Shown in pieces: positions 40,484 through 53,169 of a stretch of 64,000 bases of DNA. This DNA is from Camelus dromedarius (Eukaryota). A program made the translations under genes and the position numbers. Under the pieces are notes generated by a model. That model was not told the origin of the DNA and searched no databases. It saw nothing but the letters and a program-made list of their open reading frames with translations. The stretch covers positions 95,668,001-95,732,000 of the forward strand of contig NC_087472.1 in NCBI RefSeq assembly GCF_036321535.1. The letters run 5' to 3'. Numbering within the stretch: position 1 is the first letter of the stretch; each line of letters begins with the position of its first letter.

Positions 40484-41147
40484 AAAAGATTCCCAGTTTG
40501 TAGAGCTTTTGCTGTCTTCAAATCCAGGAGCATGCTGAATGTTCACCTGGAATTCCCACGTTTTCTGCTAGTCTCCCTGTAGTTTTTCAGAACCTACCAG
40601 TGTTTTCATCAGGGCTTTGTGAGCAGTACACAAAATCAGCTCTGCAGCAAAAATGCCTCTCTTGGGTTTATTTAAATCATAATCGTCAAGCCCCTTCTCC
40701 TGCCCAGAATTAATTCAGTGGTTAAAAAGGTGTTGCTGAGGGTGGTATGGGGAACTTGTTAGAGAGGTAGCTGTCCAGGCTCTATACCCATTCTGTCCCC
40801 CAGAATCTGATTCAGTATGAAGTGGAGCCCAAAACTCTGCATTCTCACCAGTACCCCATGTAGTTCTGACCTAAGGGTCACAGTGTGTGCAAACTACCAA
40901 GTGAAACACCTTCCAATGGCAGTGTTCTATTGACAGCCCCACAAAAGACTGATATTGGAGGACCCATATGTTTATCTTCTAAGAATCCCAACTGGAATTT
41001 CCTGATCTGCACCACAAATGCAGATTTCAGGCTGTTTCATCTCAGCCTACCATCCTATGGATATGCCTCTACCCTCTGGATGAATCATCCACAATCCCTA
41101 TAAGCAAGAACAGGAACATGGGGCCCTTAAATAAGCTATTAACCCAT

Positions 41148-41497
41148 TAGTTTTCAACCTTGGCTGCACTTTTGAGCTACCTGGGGATTTTTTTTAAGTC
41201 CAGATGCCCACAGCTCACCCCAAACCAGTCAGTGGTTTGCAAACTTTCACACCATCAGAATCACCTGGGGAACTTATTACACCACAGATCACTGTGCCCC
41301 ACCTCGAATTTCTGATGCAGTAGATCTGGGGTGAGGCTTGAGGCTCCCAAGTGATGCTGATGTTGCTGGTTTAGGAACCATACTGTGAGAATCCCTCGCC
41401 CAAACAAATTAAATCAGAATTTTTGTGGTTGAGGCCTAGCATTAGTAATGTTTAAATTCTCTAAGTAATTCCAGTGTACAAAGGTAGGAAACACTGA
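41148..41497. mobile_element. MER5B with nested MER5A (about 41230-41395)
   Basis: ttttcaaccttggctgcac...ccccaaaccagt is interrupted by cagtggtttgcaaac...aatcacctgggg, then aattaaatcagaat resumes. Confidence 0.75.
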
Positions 41498-41645
41498 TCT
41501 AGACACAGATCACATGATATTTTCCTCAGGCTAGTGATGCCAAAAAAAAAAGGCAAGGGGAGCAGTAAATAACCATCTTGATTCGGTTATAGCAGCAACA
41601 TCTAGTTTCCAGAGGAAGGAGGGCCTGTGGTACCAGTAATAGACT

Positions 41646-41855
41646 CAGTGCTGTGTGTACTGATAAGATAAACTAGCTCTCAAAAAAAAAAAAAAACCCT
41701 GATTTGTAGCATTTGCTGATTTCCATGGTGTCAAAACTCCCACCACGGCTGATACCAAGCTTCCAAATGGACTAGACACCACTGAATGAGGAATTAGAAA
41801 GAGAGGTAGGTGACTGGCCCTCACAAGCTGGTACAAGCTGGTTCTAGCACAGCAC
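41646..41855 (-). mobile_element. MER63-type hAT MITE
   Basis: ccctgatttgtagcatttgctgatttccatggtgt; inverse of the copy at 47458. Confidence 0.8.
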
Positions 41856-41859
41856 CTCC

Positions 41860-42090
41860 TGATGGTACCGGAAGTGGCCTCAGTGATGGTGGCAGCAATG
41901 TTCTCACCAAACTGATTCTATGGTGTAGCTTTAGCCGAGGTCCTAGCTAATTAGCAGCCTGTATTCCAGTTTCTCAACCTGGTTCCCCATTCTTCTCAGT
42001 CATTCTGAGAACAACAGAATAGTTTTTCTAATCAATTGTTTTGATCAGCCCAAGAACGTTTCTGTTGCTTACAGCTGAGAACCCTGACCT
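41860..42090 (+). mobile_element. ERVL LTR 3' fragment (LTR33-like)
   Basis: Ends tttctgttgcttacagctgagaaccctgac. Confidence 0.45.
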
Positions 42091-42206
42091 TGTCTATGTC
42101 ACATCTGGAGGTCAAGAACCTAAGACCTACAGTTGAAACTCCTGCAGTCTTAGGAAGGATTTTGCTTTAAGATATTTGCTTCTTAAGAGAGATGAAACTC
42201 TTAAAC

Positions 42207-42350
42207 CAGTGCTTCTCAAAATTTAACGAGAATCAGAGAATCACGTGGGGAGCTTGTTAAAATGCAGATTCTGATTCAGTAGGACTAAGAGGAGGCAAAA
42301 AAATGTACATTTCTCAGCAGCTCCCTGGGGCTGCTGCTGCTAGTCCTAGA
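42207..42350 (-). mobile_element. MER5A-type MITE
   Basis: cagtgcttctcaaa...gagcttgttaaaatgcagattctgattcagtagg. Confidence 0.8.
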
Positions 42351-43519
42351 ATACACAGGGACTGGGGGGGGGGGGGCAGTCCTTAAACCACAGACCTAAA
42401 ATGCTAAGGGTGGGGCCTTCGGCCTGGATCCCTCTGGGCACCTTTGAGTTCAAGCCACATAAGGGCCTGACTGTCCTCCTTACTCTGGTCAGTGCCCCAG
42501 CTGACCCTGAATATTTGTCACGGCTGACGCAGGCTGATCCCAGCTGCTGTGACAGTCTACCTCAGAATGCCTGAGATGCCCTGGCCAGTGTCACCTGACC
42601 ATTCCTGACCACCCCTCTTGGTACACAAGCCATAAATTTAAATTCACCTATTCATCTATTCAACAAATATTTGCTGTTTACCTCTTATGTGTAATGCTCT
42701 TGGCTAAGTTTGGATCATTCTAGACTCTCCGTCTGTGCATTTTAAATAAGTGAATTGGGAGCATTCCCAGTGCCATTAAATGAGGACTGGATTTAGCACA
42801 TGTAACAAGAAGTTAAAGGTCAAGGGGATCTGTGTGGGCAAGGAAAAGTTCCAAGCCCGTCAGCAGTTTGGCTAAGGGAAAATGCGATTTGATCATCTGT
42901 CAACTCAAGCTGTCAATCAAAGCTCATTATTATACCACCCATCTGACACTCGATCAATAGGATAAGTACTTTTTGATGTCAGATCAATGGTATGACTAAG
43001 TTTGGGGGTGACAGCTATACAATTGCATCCATTCTAGGTACGTGAATGTTATTGCCAGGAACATCAACGCAAAGTAAAATGATAAACCACTTCCTGCACA
43101 GTGTTGTGAAAGAAATGTTCAAATCCCCAGAAATTCTTGGTGCTCCCACCCACTAAGATAGAAAAGATAAAATGTGTGTGCTTATTTCTAAGATTTATAA
43201 AGTACCCATTTTGCAACTGAGCTTATGAGGAAGATAGATTTCCCAGAGCCATAAGCTAACAATTGAGCCCCCAGGGCTGATAGGGTAAGAGATTTTTGTC
43301 ATGCCAAAGAATTTGAAGGAAATTCACATGAACTATGAAAATATCTCCCTTTTTTTTTTCCTCTTACAATTGCAGCATTTTCCCCTTCTGGAACAGCTTC
43401 TATCCTAGAGGTCCAGGAATGATTTTTTAACCCAGATAGAGAGAAGTCCAAGAAAGGACTCCAATGTCAGTTTTTTCTCCGTCCTCCCAGCTCTCCCCAT
43501 CCACATAACACCCACTTCC

Positions 43520-43880
43520 TGTTCAACAACAAATATTAACATATCCCATGTCTAAGCACTGTGTTAAACTCTGGGGATAGAAGGGTTAAAGATTTCAGGA
43601 CAAAGTCTTAAGGAGCCCTTAGTAGCAACACAATGCAAGTGTGGGAGAGACCAGTGAAGTGATTTCAGCTAATGTCTGAAGGGTGAGACATAGGTAGGCC
43701 GAGAGTGTGGGAAGAGTATTCCAAAGGGAAAAAAAGAGCATGTGCAAGGGCCCTAAAGTTAGAGAAAATGTAGCATCTTGAATTAAGATCCATGCTGTAG
43801 GAGTATAATGAGCAAAGAGGGGAGAAACTCCCCAAGGCAGGTGAGGCAGGCAGGGGCTGCGAAGGTCTGTGAAGCTTTCA
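43520..43880 (-). mobile_element. L2 fragment
   Basis: caacaaatatt...gcactgtgttaaactctggggatag...agcatgtgcaagggccct. Confidence 0.7.
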
Positions 43881-44324
43881 AAGTGCACTCACTCCCCTCC
43901 TCAGGTGACTGAAGGCCAACATCCAAAGACGTGCAGAGACATAAGATTCTAAGGGACAGAGAACAGGGAGCTCGCTAAGAGTCAACAGCACATGGTGAGG
44001 GAGGCCAGCACCAACTTAAATCCACTTCCATATCTCACCCCAACTCTATGTGCTTTTCTCTAACCACGATGCTCCCGAAGCCTGGGGCTCTACATGTCCC
44101 ATCCCATCCCCATCTCAAATCACACTGAAGTTCAGAAGGTAGAGAGTGATCAATCCCAAGAGCATCAGTGCTTTAATGGGGGTGAATACTCATCTTTAGG
44201 TACAAGTGACAAAATGACAATGAGTAGGGAAAGGTGTATGCAGAGGGAAAGAAAAAAACAATTTGAGATGTACTCTGATCTGATCATTCCAGTTCACAGA
44301 ATGCCCTATTATTCTATCCTATGT

Positions 44325-44510
44325 TAGCATATGTGGGTATTTATGTGCATATGTTTTATATGCATGTTTATATATAAATACATATTTATGACTACATTTA
44401 TGTGTATACGTGCAAGAGCGTGTATGTATGTGAGAAACTATGAACGTAGGTGCATGTATATGCATGTGTGTGTATGTGTAGTCACATCCACATGTATACA
44501 TTTTTATATG
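44325..44510. repeat. Degenerate alternating purine-pyrimidine (TG/TA/CA) tract
   Basis: About 185 bp of tatgtg/tgcatg/tgtgta repeats. Confidence 0.85.
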
Positions 44511-44514
44511 GCTC

Positions 44515-44710
44515 CTGATAACTGAGCACATACATGGTTGCAGACACCCTGCTAAGTTCTTTCCATGTATACTTTCTCTGCATTTTCTCAAGAACTACAA
44601 GACATACATTCCCTATATTACACCCACTTTTCAGATAAGGAAACAAAAGCATAGACAGTCTTAGTAACTTGCTCACAACTGTAAGCTATTAAGTAAAGCT
44701 TAACTCATCA
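44515..44710 (-). mobile_element. MIR SINE
   Basis: cccacttttcagataaggaaac...ttagtaacttgctcaca. Confidence 0.65.
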
Positions 44711-45433
44711 TTCCACCTCTTCCAAAAAGCATTTCTTTTCCTTAGTAGCCCCACCCATTCTCCAGTTCACCGAAGTTTGACTGCAACATCACCATTAACT
44801 ATGTGTCTGGCCTGTTGGACTCCTCCGGGAAAAAAAAAGGTGTGTGTACCCTTAAATATATCATAAAGGCTGAGGCCTGCATTCACTGGTGCGTGTAAAT
44901 GTTCACAGGGTGACCTTTGAGAAAACACCTTTACCTGGGCCACAGTGAGGCCTGTGCTCTCACCTTACGGTCATAAGTCAATCCAGACCCAAAGGACACA
45001 TCAGTAACTAAGCCCTGCCACCATGTTGCAATCACAAAACATTACACAAAGCACAGGCGGGGATTCCAAACCAACTGAAAGGTTATATAATAAAAGACAT
45101 GACATGTTCTGATCTGGAGCAGAGGGGAGAGTTAATCAGATTGAACGTTCTAGCCACGTAATCACAGTCACTAAAAGATGGATACTAAAGAGCCCATCTC
45201 CCTTTATTTACATGCCTTTACTTCTATACTTACCCAGATACAGTTTCACTTACCTTTTAAACAGCCAGAGTGCCACTTTATCATTAAGCAGAGATGTCAG
45301 GGAAGAAATGAATATTATTTAAAATGCAAACCGAGTGTAAAGGATGACTGCCAAGACACAGCATATCGAGATGCCTCGCAGCTACCGCTGTCTGCTACTA
45401 CAAAACACCGCAGGAGATAAAGTTCCTGAGGGC

Positions 45434-45618
45434 CTGTGGTTCTCAAACTGCAGCATGTATTGGCATCACCAGAAGGACTCAGGAAAGCACAGAATGCTGG
45501 GCCCCACCCCCAGAGTTCCTCGCCCAGCAAGTCTGGGGTGAGACCCAAGAATTCGCATTTCTAACAAGTCTCCAGGGCTGCCACTGATGATCCTGGGACC
45601 ACACTTGGAGAACCACTG
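45434..45618 (-). mobile_element. MER5A hAT MITE
   Basis: ctgtggttctcaaact...gcatttctaacaagtctccagg...gggaccacacttggagaaccactg. Confidence 0.9.
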
Positions 45619-46111
45619 GGGCGGACACCAAGTCCAGCCCATTAGCATGGCTGACAGTTCAATCTAAAAGGTGACTAGAACTCTCCTGGACAAGAAGCTC
45701 TCTTGACCTGAAGAAAGATGTCCAGGTTGCAATGGAGGCATAGACCCTCAGATAAAAGGTGAATTGCTTCCTCCTGGAGGCCCAGCATCCTCCAATACCC
45801 TGGGGTTCAGCTCTTCCAGAAGGGTAAAGAAACCCTTTGGGCTAGATAAAGGCTCGTGACTACATCAGGCCACCAAGGGGAAAGTGGCTTCATGGAATTA
45901 CAAATATCACGTAGACATCCCTAGAACGATCAAGATGATTCTTCTAAGTGGTACAGAGAAACTCCAGCAAGACAAAGGTCTGGCCTCTCTTCTTCGTTCA
46001 GTGAAAAAGAATAATTCTGTCAGAGGCTATTGTGCCAAGGAGGTGTCTGATAATGAACTATCTTTCCTCTCTACCTCTTTCTAATAAAGCTTGTCAAAGC
46101 ACACTGTGCCT

Positions 46112-46240
46112 AGAGGAGAGGATAGAGCTCAGTGGCACAGTGCCTGCTTAGCATGCACAAGGTCCTGGGTTCAATTCGCAGCATCTCCATTAAAGAAAGA
46201 AATAAGTAAAAGTAAATACAAATAAATACCTCCCCCCTAA
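46112..46240 (+). mobile_element. Camelid tRNA-Ala-derived SINE
   Basis: agaggagaggatagagctcagtggc...ggtcctgggttcaattc; TSD aaagcacactgtgcct / aaaacaaactgtgcct. Confidence 0.9.
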
Positions 46241-47120
46241 AAAACAAACTGTGCCTGAGTCCCACGTTGAATCACATACCTATCTTGTTTTGTTTGCCCT
46301 GTTATCAATGAAATTAGCCAGCCCTGGGGTTCAATCAGTTGCAAAGATACCAGCCTCAAACCAGTATGTCTTTCAGCATCATTCTCCTGGACAATTGCCC
46401 AGGAGGGGCCAGCACTAAGGGCCTTTGCAACTGGAATCTTGGAGGGATACAGAGAACCATACATTGCCCCAGAGATCTAGGATAAATGCGACACCCCTTG
46501 GGTTTAGCTGAGCCCTGTTAATCCTTCCTACAGTGAGTGTCTATCCTGTCAGGATCTCTGATTGAGAGCTGCTTAAACAGGTGAGAAAATTTCAGGAAGC
46601 TAATATGTCCCATCTAATCAAGGCTAAGTGTTCCCTCTTTGCCCAAGCCCTCTTATTTGCACGAGTAGCACATGGTAATGGGTAAATAATTTTTTTCAAG
46701 GTTGTTTGAGATGCAGGCCCTTAAATAAGTGATCTAGTGCTCAGTTTTATCTAAGGAGAGGTTACCCAGCAAGCCTCGAGATTCCCGCCCCCATGAGAAC
46801 CATTTCCAGTTCGACTTCACCCTTCAGAAACCCAATACCACAAAATTAACTATAGCAGAGTTAGAAACCGAAGGCTTCTTTCTTTACGCACACCTGGAAA
46901 GTCACTTTTCACCAGCTTGAAGACCGATAGCAGTGAGCTTTAGTTACGTAGCATTCTCATCTGTTAGTTATTTGATAAGTACATTTTGAACTTTTTTGAT
47001 TTTTATGGCTTGGCCTCCCTTTGCTCCAGATACACTATAGATTTACAAAAACTCACCTCTTCCACTTAGCACTTAGAAAGAGATTTTCAGCAAAATATGT
47101 TGCATGTGATCCCGCTAGGG

Positions 47121-47295
47121 CAGTGGCTCTCCAAGCATGGTCACAGGACCTATGGCATCATCACCTGGGAACCTATTAAAGATGCCAATTCTCGGGCCCC
47201 ATGTATCCAGAAACTCTATGGGTGGGGCCCAGCCATCCGTGTCTGAACAAGCCCTCTGGGTCATTCTGACACAGGCTAGTGTGAGAAACACCATT
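47121..47295 (+). mobile_element. MER5A hAT MITE
   Basis: cagtggctctcc...catcacctgggaacc...gggtggggcccagc...aacaagccctctggg. Confidence 0.88.
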
Positions 47296-47457
47296 AGCAG
47301 AGAATACAGGACTAAGGAGTAAGTAATGAGAAACCCAGTTCAAGGTCAGGGGTTTTCTTGACTCACAGACATATTTTTTTCTTTAAATCTTTATTATCAT
47401 TTTGCCAAGGGAAAAATAAGCCCAATACTACATATATGTTGTCACTTTCTTATGATG

Positions 47458-47647
47458 ATGATGTGCTGGAGCCAGCTCCTACCAGCTTGGGAGAATGATG
47501 GTTAAACATTCAGGAAGTTTGCAAGTCAGCTGTTAAACCACTGGTACCTTCCAGCCAGCCATGGTGAGAGTATTTACACCATGGAAATCAGCAAATGCTA
47601 CCCATCACTACTTTTATTCAGAGGGCCTGTTTAGCAGCACAGCACTA
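47458..47647 (+). mobile_element. MER63A-type hAT MITE
   Basis: tgtgctggagccagctc...gagtatttacaccatggaaatcagcaaatgctac...agcacagcact. Confidence 0.85.
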
Positions 47648-47964
47648 GCTGATTTTTAAAAGATTTGCTGCAGTCTGTGATGGGACATAAGGCAGGTGAC
47701 AGAGAAAGAGTCACAGGATAAGGAACCAGGATTTAGAGCGGGACCAGAGCACAGGAAGGAATATGCACAGAGGGGCAGCCCAGTCCCCGAGAAAGGCCAG
47801 AAAGCCAGGAGCAGTGACAGAATCGGATGCTTAGAACAGCATCCCCAGCTGGAGTTGGGGCAGATTATGGAGTGAGACAGCAAGTTTAATATAATTTTAT
47901 ATTTGGAAAGTGAAAATAGACCTTTTTTGTAATCTTCTTGACTGGTGGTGATGTACTGATTCCT

Positions 47965-48840
47965 TTACTCTTTCAGCAAATGTTTATGAAGTGTCTGCTG
48001 TATACCAGACACGGTGCTGGGCTCTAATTATACCACAGTGAATAACACAAAGTCTCTTTCAGCACAGAGCTTTCAGCTTACAAACAACAACAACATAAAG
48101 CTAAGTACACAGGGTTTAGAATTCCAATGATGATAAGGAGTTATTTGATATGTCATCGTAAGTGGCTATTTGATATAAGATGCTCAGGGTGAATTTCATT
48201 GACAAGGTGACATTTGAATAGAGACCCAAAGGAGGTAAGAGAGCAAGTCATTGTTGGGAGACAATTCTCCATGGTCTTGTGCATTTTTGCACAATTTAGG
48301 AGCAAAGGCACAGACTGCCTTTGTTCTAGACAGCTTTTAAAAAGGATGTTTATAGAGCAAACATCCATGGAAGGTACAGATAACGTCTCTCTCCAAATTT
48401 AAGCACAGAGTCACTTACTGTCCAGTGTAACTGGATAATTGCCTCCCCCTGGAAGAAAAGACAGCCATGCTTACTGCCCATTTTAAAGGATTCAGGTTCC
48501 TAATCTCAGGGTTCCTCTCCTGTAAGAAAACCCACTGCATGTGTTGATGTCACCTGGCCATCTTCATGTCTTCTTGTAGAAGCTGGGACTCAGGGAACCA
48601 GCACAAGAAAATGTTGATACTCTGGCTACAGAGACTGCTGTGAAAACTAAAGTCCTTTCTCTCTGACCCAAGAATGTCATGTCTTCTGCCAGCATCCATG
48701 AAACTGTGGCAGGCTAACTTAATGGCCTGCAAGCAAGGTAAAATGGCAGGCCCTTCAGAGTTCAGGACAATGGTAAGAATGAATGAGGGAAGGGTGGTTC
48801 AGGCAGGCAAAACAGCAAGTACAAAATGCCCTGAGATGGA
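47965..48840 (-). mobile_element. L2 fragment split by an LTR
   Basis: ttcagcaaatgtttatg...ccagacacggtgctggg...aggtgacatttgaatagagacc; resumes acagcaagtacaaaatgccctgag. Confidence 0.7.
48252..48769 (+). mobile_element. LTR40-type ERVL solo LTR
   Basis: tgttgggagacaattctccatgg start, tctgacccaaga, aaactgtggcaggctaactt, ends ...gaca. Confidence 0.8.
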
Positions 48841-49649
48841 CGACAGTCTTCCTCAATCAGACTCCTCTATGGCTTGCCCTGTCCCTTGATAGTTGTGTAA
48901 ATTGACTCCATCTTACTCTACTTGTTCTGCCTAACTCTAATTTTGGGGATGTCACCACTTCTTGCTGCAGGATCTATGATCACCAATATAGGAAGGAAGG
49001 AGAAACATCTCCCATTCCTTCCCCACTCCCGGTCCCAAAGGGGGGTCATATCGAATCTAGGGACACATGAAATTTGTTTAATTTGTGGGTTGAGAAAAAC
49101 TGTCCTAGAAAGACTTGTAGTGCCCAGAATAGATACTATAGAGAACAAAGAAGAGGGACAGTGACCAACACCACCAGGCAGTAGCCTGGGAAACTAGAGT
49201 TCACTAGGAGGAAAATGGGAAAATCAAAAAATGAAAGTAGAGGCACAATCTTCAAACAGGAAGGGCTCAATCTCACAGCTTCTGTAGATAAAGCCGTGAC
49301 AAATCACAGCAAAGCTGGCCACAATCACGATGGAGAAAAACATTAGGACAACATGACTTACATAAAGAGTGTGGAAGTGAAGAAAACAGCATCTGGTATA
49401 TAGATTCTAAGAGCCATGGTTGAATACATTTTTAACATTTTTTTCAGAATGCATCTCCAATTTGATCATGAAAGTAATTGGAGAGAAATATGGAATTCTC
49501 TACACAGACATTTGCATGATGAATCACTCCTTAGAAATGACTCATTTCCTTAAAATTAAATAAGACAGCACCTCATGAGGCACCACACCTCTAAAATTCC
49601 CTTTCATCTTTAAGAAAAAATTTTGAATTAAATGCATATATATTCCCGA

Positions 49650-49840
49650 TGTGTGCACAAAACATGTATTAAGCACTGATTATATGCCAGGCACTGTATT
49701 AGGCTCTGAGAATGTAAATGCAAAAAGAAAAACACAATTTCCGCCCTGGTGAAGCTGACAGTCTAACCAGGAAAATGGACATTAGATAAATAAGTATACA
49801 AGCCATCAGTTCACTGCAATTATGAGAAATGCTACAAAAA
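49650..49840 (-). mobile_element. L2 3' fragment
   Basis: tattaagcactgattatatgccaggcactgtattagg. Confidence 0.65.
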
Positions 49841-50079
49841 AACAGATGTACTTTCAGTCAAAGAAAATCCTAGCTCTGGACATTCTCCTCATCCTCTCCA
49901 TTTCCATCCTGTGAAGCCCCTGTGGGTGAGGTTTCAGGACATATTCTGCTTCCTAATTGTTCCTATGAATATATTTTTATAATAAGACCAACAGAAGAGA
50001 AATTTAAGAATTTCGAGGGAATAATTTCTCATTAAGCAAGCCAACCCACCAAGAATAACCTTGCATTGACTGGAAATCC

Positions 50080-50200
50080 TCACCCCTCATCTTCTTTTTG
50101 CCAAACTAATAATGTGGATTGTTTTAACCTTTCCTTATAGGTTTTATTTTCCAAGCCTTAAATCATCTTCATTGTCCTTTTATGAACCGCCTCCAAGTTT
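50080..50200 (-). mobile_element. CR1/L3 fragment
   Basis: cttctttttgccaaactaa...ttaacctttccttatagg...aatcatcttcattg...tgaaccgcctccaagttt. Confidence 0.55.
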
Positions 50201-51339
50201 TACATGATTAACGCCTGCTCATTAGATGCTGAACAAACTTGTGGATGGATGTACTCCAGTGACTTTAAAGGCTTTGGTTTTGCCAAAGAAGGCCTGCAGC
50301 CCGTACACAATATATACCATCTGCATCTATGATAAACATACCTCTTAAGTTTGGGTTCCCCATAAAAGCATTCAATCTTCCCATTTCTTTCTAATTAAGA
50401 TCGTCTTCCCATCTTCAAAGCCCTGGATTGCATCCACAAACCCTAAATAATATGTTCATTTCTTTAAAAATAGCATTTCCCTGAAGCAGCATTACACAGA
50501 CATTTCAACTTGCTTTTTTTTTTTCCTGTCCAAGCCTGTCAGCAGATTTGCTACCACTCTGGCCATCAGACCCAACGCATCAGGTCCAGGCAATTTTACC
50601 AGCACAGCATTTTTATTCTATCCCTGGAAGGCAAGTGAAGTTGCTGCTTTAAAGATCCTAAATGGCCTGGATGGTTTTTGAGTATCTAATATTTCTTGGG
50701 TACTTAATATGTATGTAATGTTTCTTTCATACAAGCAAGCAAGAAGATGAAGTTACTATGTTCCAAAGATTGACACATAAATGGAACGATAGTACACACA
50801 GGTGAGTTTAAATGTGAGATTCAGTGGCCTCTTTAATACACATTAAACGGCCTGGGTCACTGAGAAGACATGCCAATGCCTAACGACCCCACACAACCTT
50901 AGCAGAGCATTAAGATTAAGCTCTGCTCAGCTGTGGGAAGTTTCCATGGACTAGATGATTTTTATGTGACATTTTTATTACTGTTGCAAATAGCACACAG
51001 GGCCTAGCCAAATATGCAGTCAACCACTGGGCTGAAGCACTTTCAGATCCACCACAGCTAAAATTAAGCATAGCTCCTTTACTGCCACCAAGGACTTGGA
51101 TCCCTAGAATGATACATACACAGGTTTTCTCCACATTTCTGTCTCCAGCTGAATCTCCTTTGGCCATCACAGTGGACAAAGCCAAAGCCATGGATCCAAA
51201 TAAATACACTGGCAATTTCCACACCCTTTTAGTACCTAATCTGGTATTCAATCCACTTTCTCCACAACCATTAAGGCACTTGAATTTTGCCCCCAAAGGT
51301 GAAACTTTGTACTGAAATTTCTGTTCTACAAACAGATTT

Positions 51340-51378
51340 GACGAGATCAGGAGTGTTCAGGGTGGTATGGCTGTACAC
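51340..51378 (-). pseudogene. 5S rRNA 5'-fragment (nt 1-39) tailless retropseudogene
   Basis: Reverse complement gtgtacagccataccaccctgaacactcctgatctcgtc vs mammalian 5S GTCTACGGCCATACCACCCTGAACGCGCCCGATCTCGTC: 34/39; flanked by 21-bp direct repeats. Confidence 0.9.
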
Positions 51379-51679
51379 TGTTCTACAGACAGATTTGAAT
51401 TCTAGTTTGCAATGGCATGAACAGAAGTTAAATTCTTCAGTTCTGATTCCAGGTCAACTTCATCAGCATCTTCAGTGAGATTCAAAGTTATCCAAGTGAC
51501 AGTGCCTGTCCTCTAAAAGCTAATTAGAATTGTGAATATTCATAGAATTGTGAATTCTGTAGGATTTAACAAACCAGAAACTGGCCTGAATCCTTTTGTA
51601 TTTTTACTGTCTTTACATAAGAACATGTTAATGTAGAGTCCCTGGAAGGAACAAGGGAAGTTAAGAACTGCTTCTTATG

Positions 51680-51773
51680 CAGGGCTGCCATATTCAGTTG
51701 CACAGGTTGTGCACTGCAAAATTCCAGGGGCTGCCTTTCAAATAGTCCTAGGGTTGTACAATATGGCAGCCTG
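51680..51773 (+). mobile_element. MER91-type hAT MITE
   Basis: TIRs cagggctgccatatt / aatatggcagcctg; gcacaggttgtgcactgca core. Confidence 0.8.
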
Positions 51774-53169
51774 AGTCCAGTGGTCTCTATTAAACAGAGA
51801 TCCAGGAGAGCTTGTGATATAAAATTTGAAGTTTGGTCATGTCTATTGAGCTAAAGTTCCTTAAAATCTCTCAGGCCAGGGTTACATTTGGTCCCAAAGC
51901 CTAAATAGGCAAACACACTAGCTGGGGTTAAAAGGCATCAACTGTAAAAGTTAGAAGGATAAAGAAACAGAATGCTATGCAGATTATGTCAGTCGAAGGG
52001 CTGACCACATTTATTACATTCATACTATTTCTCCCCATAGCGCATAATCACAAAATGCTTGCTGGATGGATGGACAACTACATAAATTATTTCATAAGTT
52101 GAGCCTGGTCCCAGCTCACAAACTGCCATTCCGTTAGTGTTCTGTGCTCTCTTGTTTCTTAGCATCTATAGAAATATGTCTGTAACTGATATTCAATAAC
52201 AGAGGTTTGGTCTTTGCTTTTGAGGATTCCCCTTCTACACTTAAGTTATTTTCCAAATTATCACCAGGGGAAGACAACAACAGCTCCATTTGTCGTGAAC
52301 TTAGCCAGTATATGAATTTGCCTGTTTATTGACTTCAGTGAAGCCTAACACCTTCATTCAGATGTTCATCATCCTGTCTGATATCACCATTCAAAGGCTC
52401 CAGCCCATACATGGTGTAATGAGGGAGGGACCTTAATCCCCAATAGGTTCATTTGCACTTGAAGCCTGATGTTCAGAGAAGTTCCATCTTCTCTGGCATG
52501 TCTCTCACTGGGCCATGTGCCGATTATCTATCAGTCATACTCCAGAGCAGCTGTGGGCTACCCTCATTTCTTTAGAAAGAAAAGTTGGTTAAGGAGAGGA
52601 GCCTGTCCCTTCCTCTCTGTCTTTTCCTTGTCTTCATCATGAATGTGATGCACAAATACAGATGCAGTCCTTCAAACAACTGGTGTATGTTTGGTTGGGA
52701 ACTGCTCAGTTTTGCCAGTTGTACGCCATTGTTTCATCTGGCTTCAGCCATTTGTGGTGAGACACACACACAGACAGATAAGACACCCACCCACCCACCC
52801 ACACACACACACATGCACAGAGGCTTCCTGTGGGCATTGTTTTCACAATGCTTTGAATCAATCTAGTATAGTTGTATTTACCTTGGTACTGCTCAATCAT
52901 AAACAACTTAACAACACGCACGCACCTGCCTACAAAGCTAGAATGGGAACATGTGGTCTGGCTCTTGCCAGACTGTGAATATGGAGAGAAATAAAGTTTG
53001 AACTTTGCCATCATCTCTTGCAAAGAAGCAGCATTTCCCAGAGGAGCGCCAACCTCACATGCAGACAGAACAGATACTCTTCTAGCTGCCAGGACTGGAG
53101 ATATATTGGAAACCCATGCTTTTTACATGTGCCTCTCACACTTCACCTTAAAAAATCCAACTAATAATT

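Noticed and set aside
51321..51398. Repeat-spacer-repeat (21/36/21 bp) resembling a CRISPR unit
   Set aside because: Only two repeats, mammalian context, no cas genes; the spacer is 5S rRNA and the repeats are a TSD
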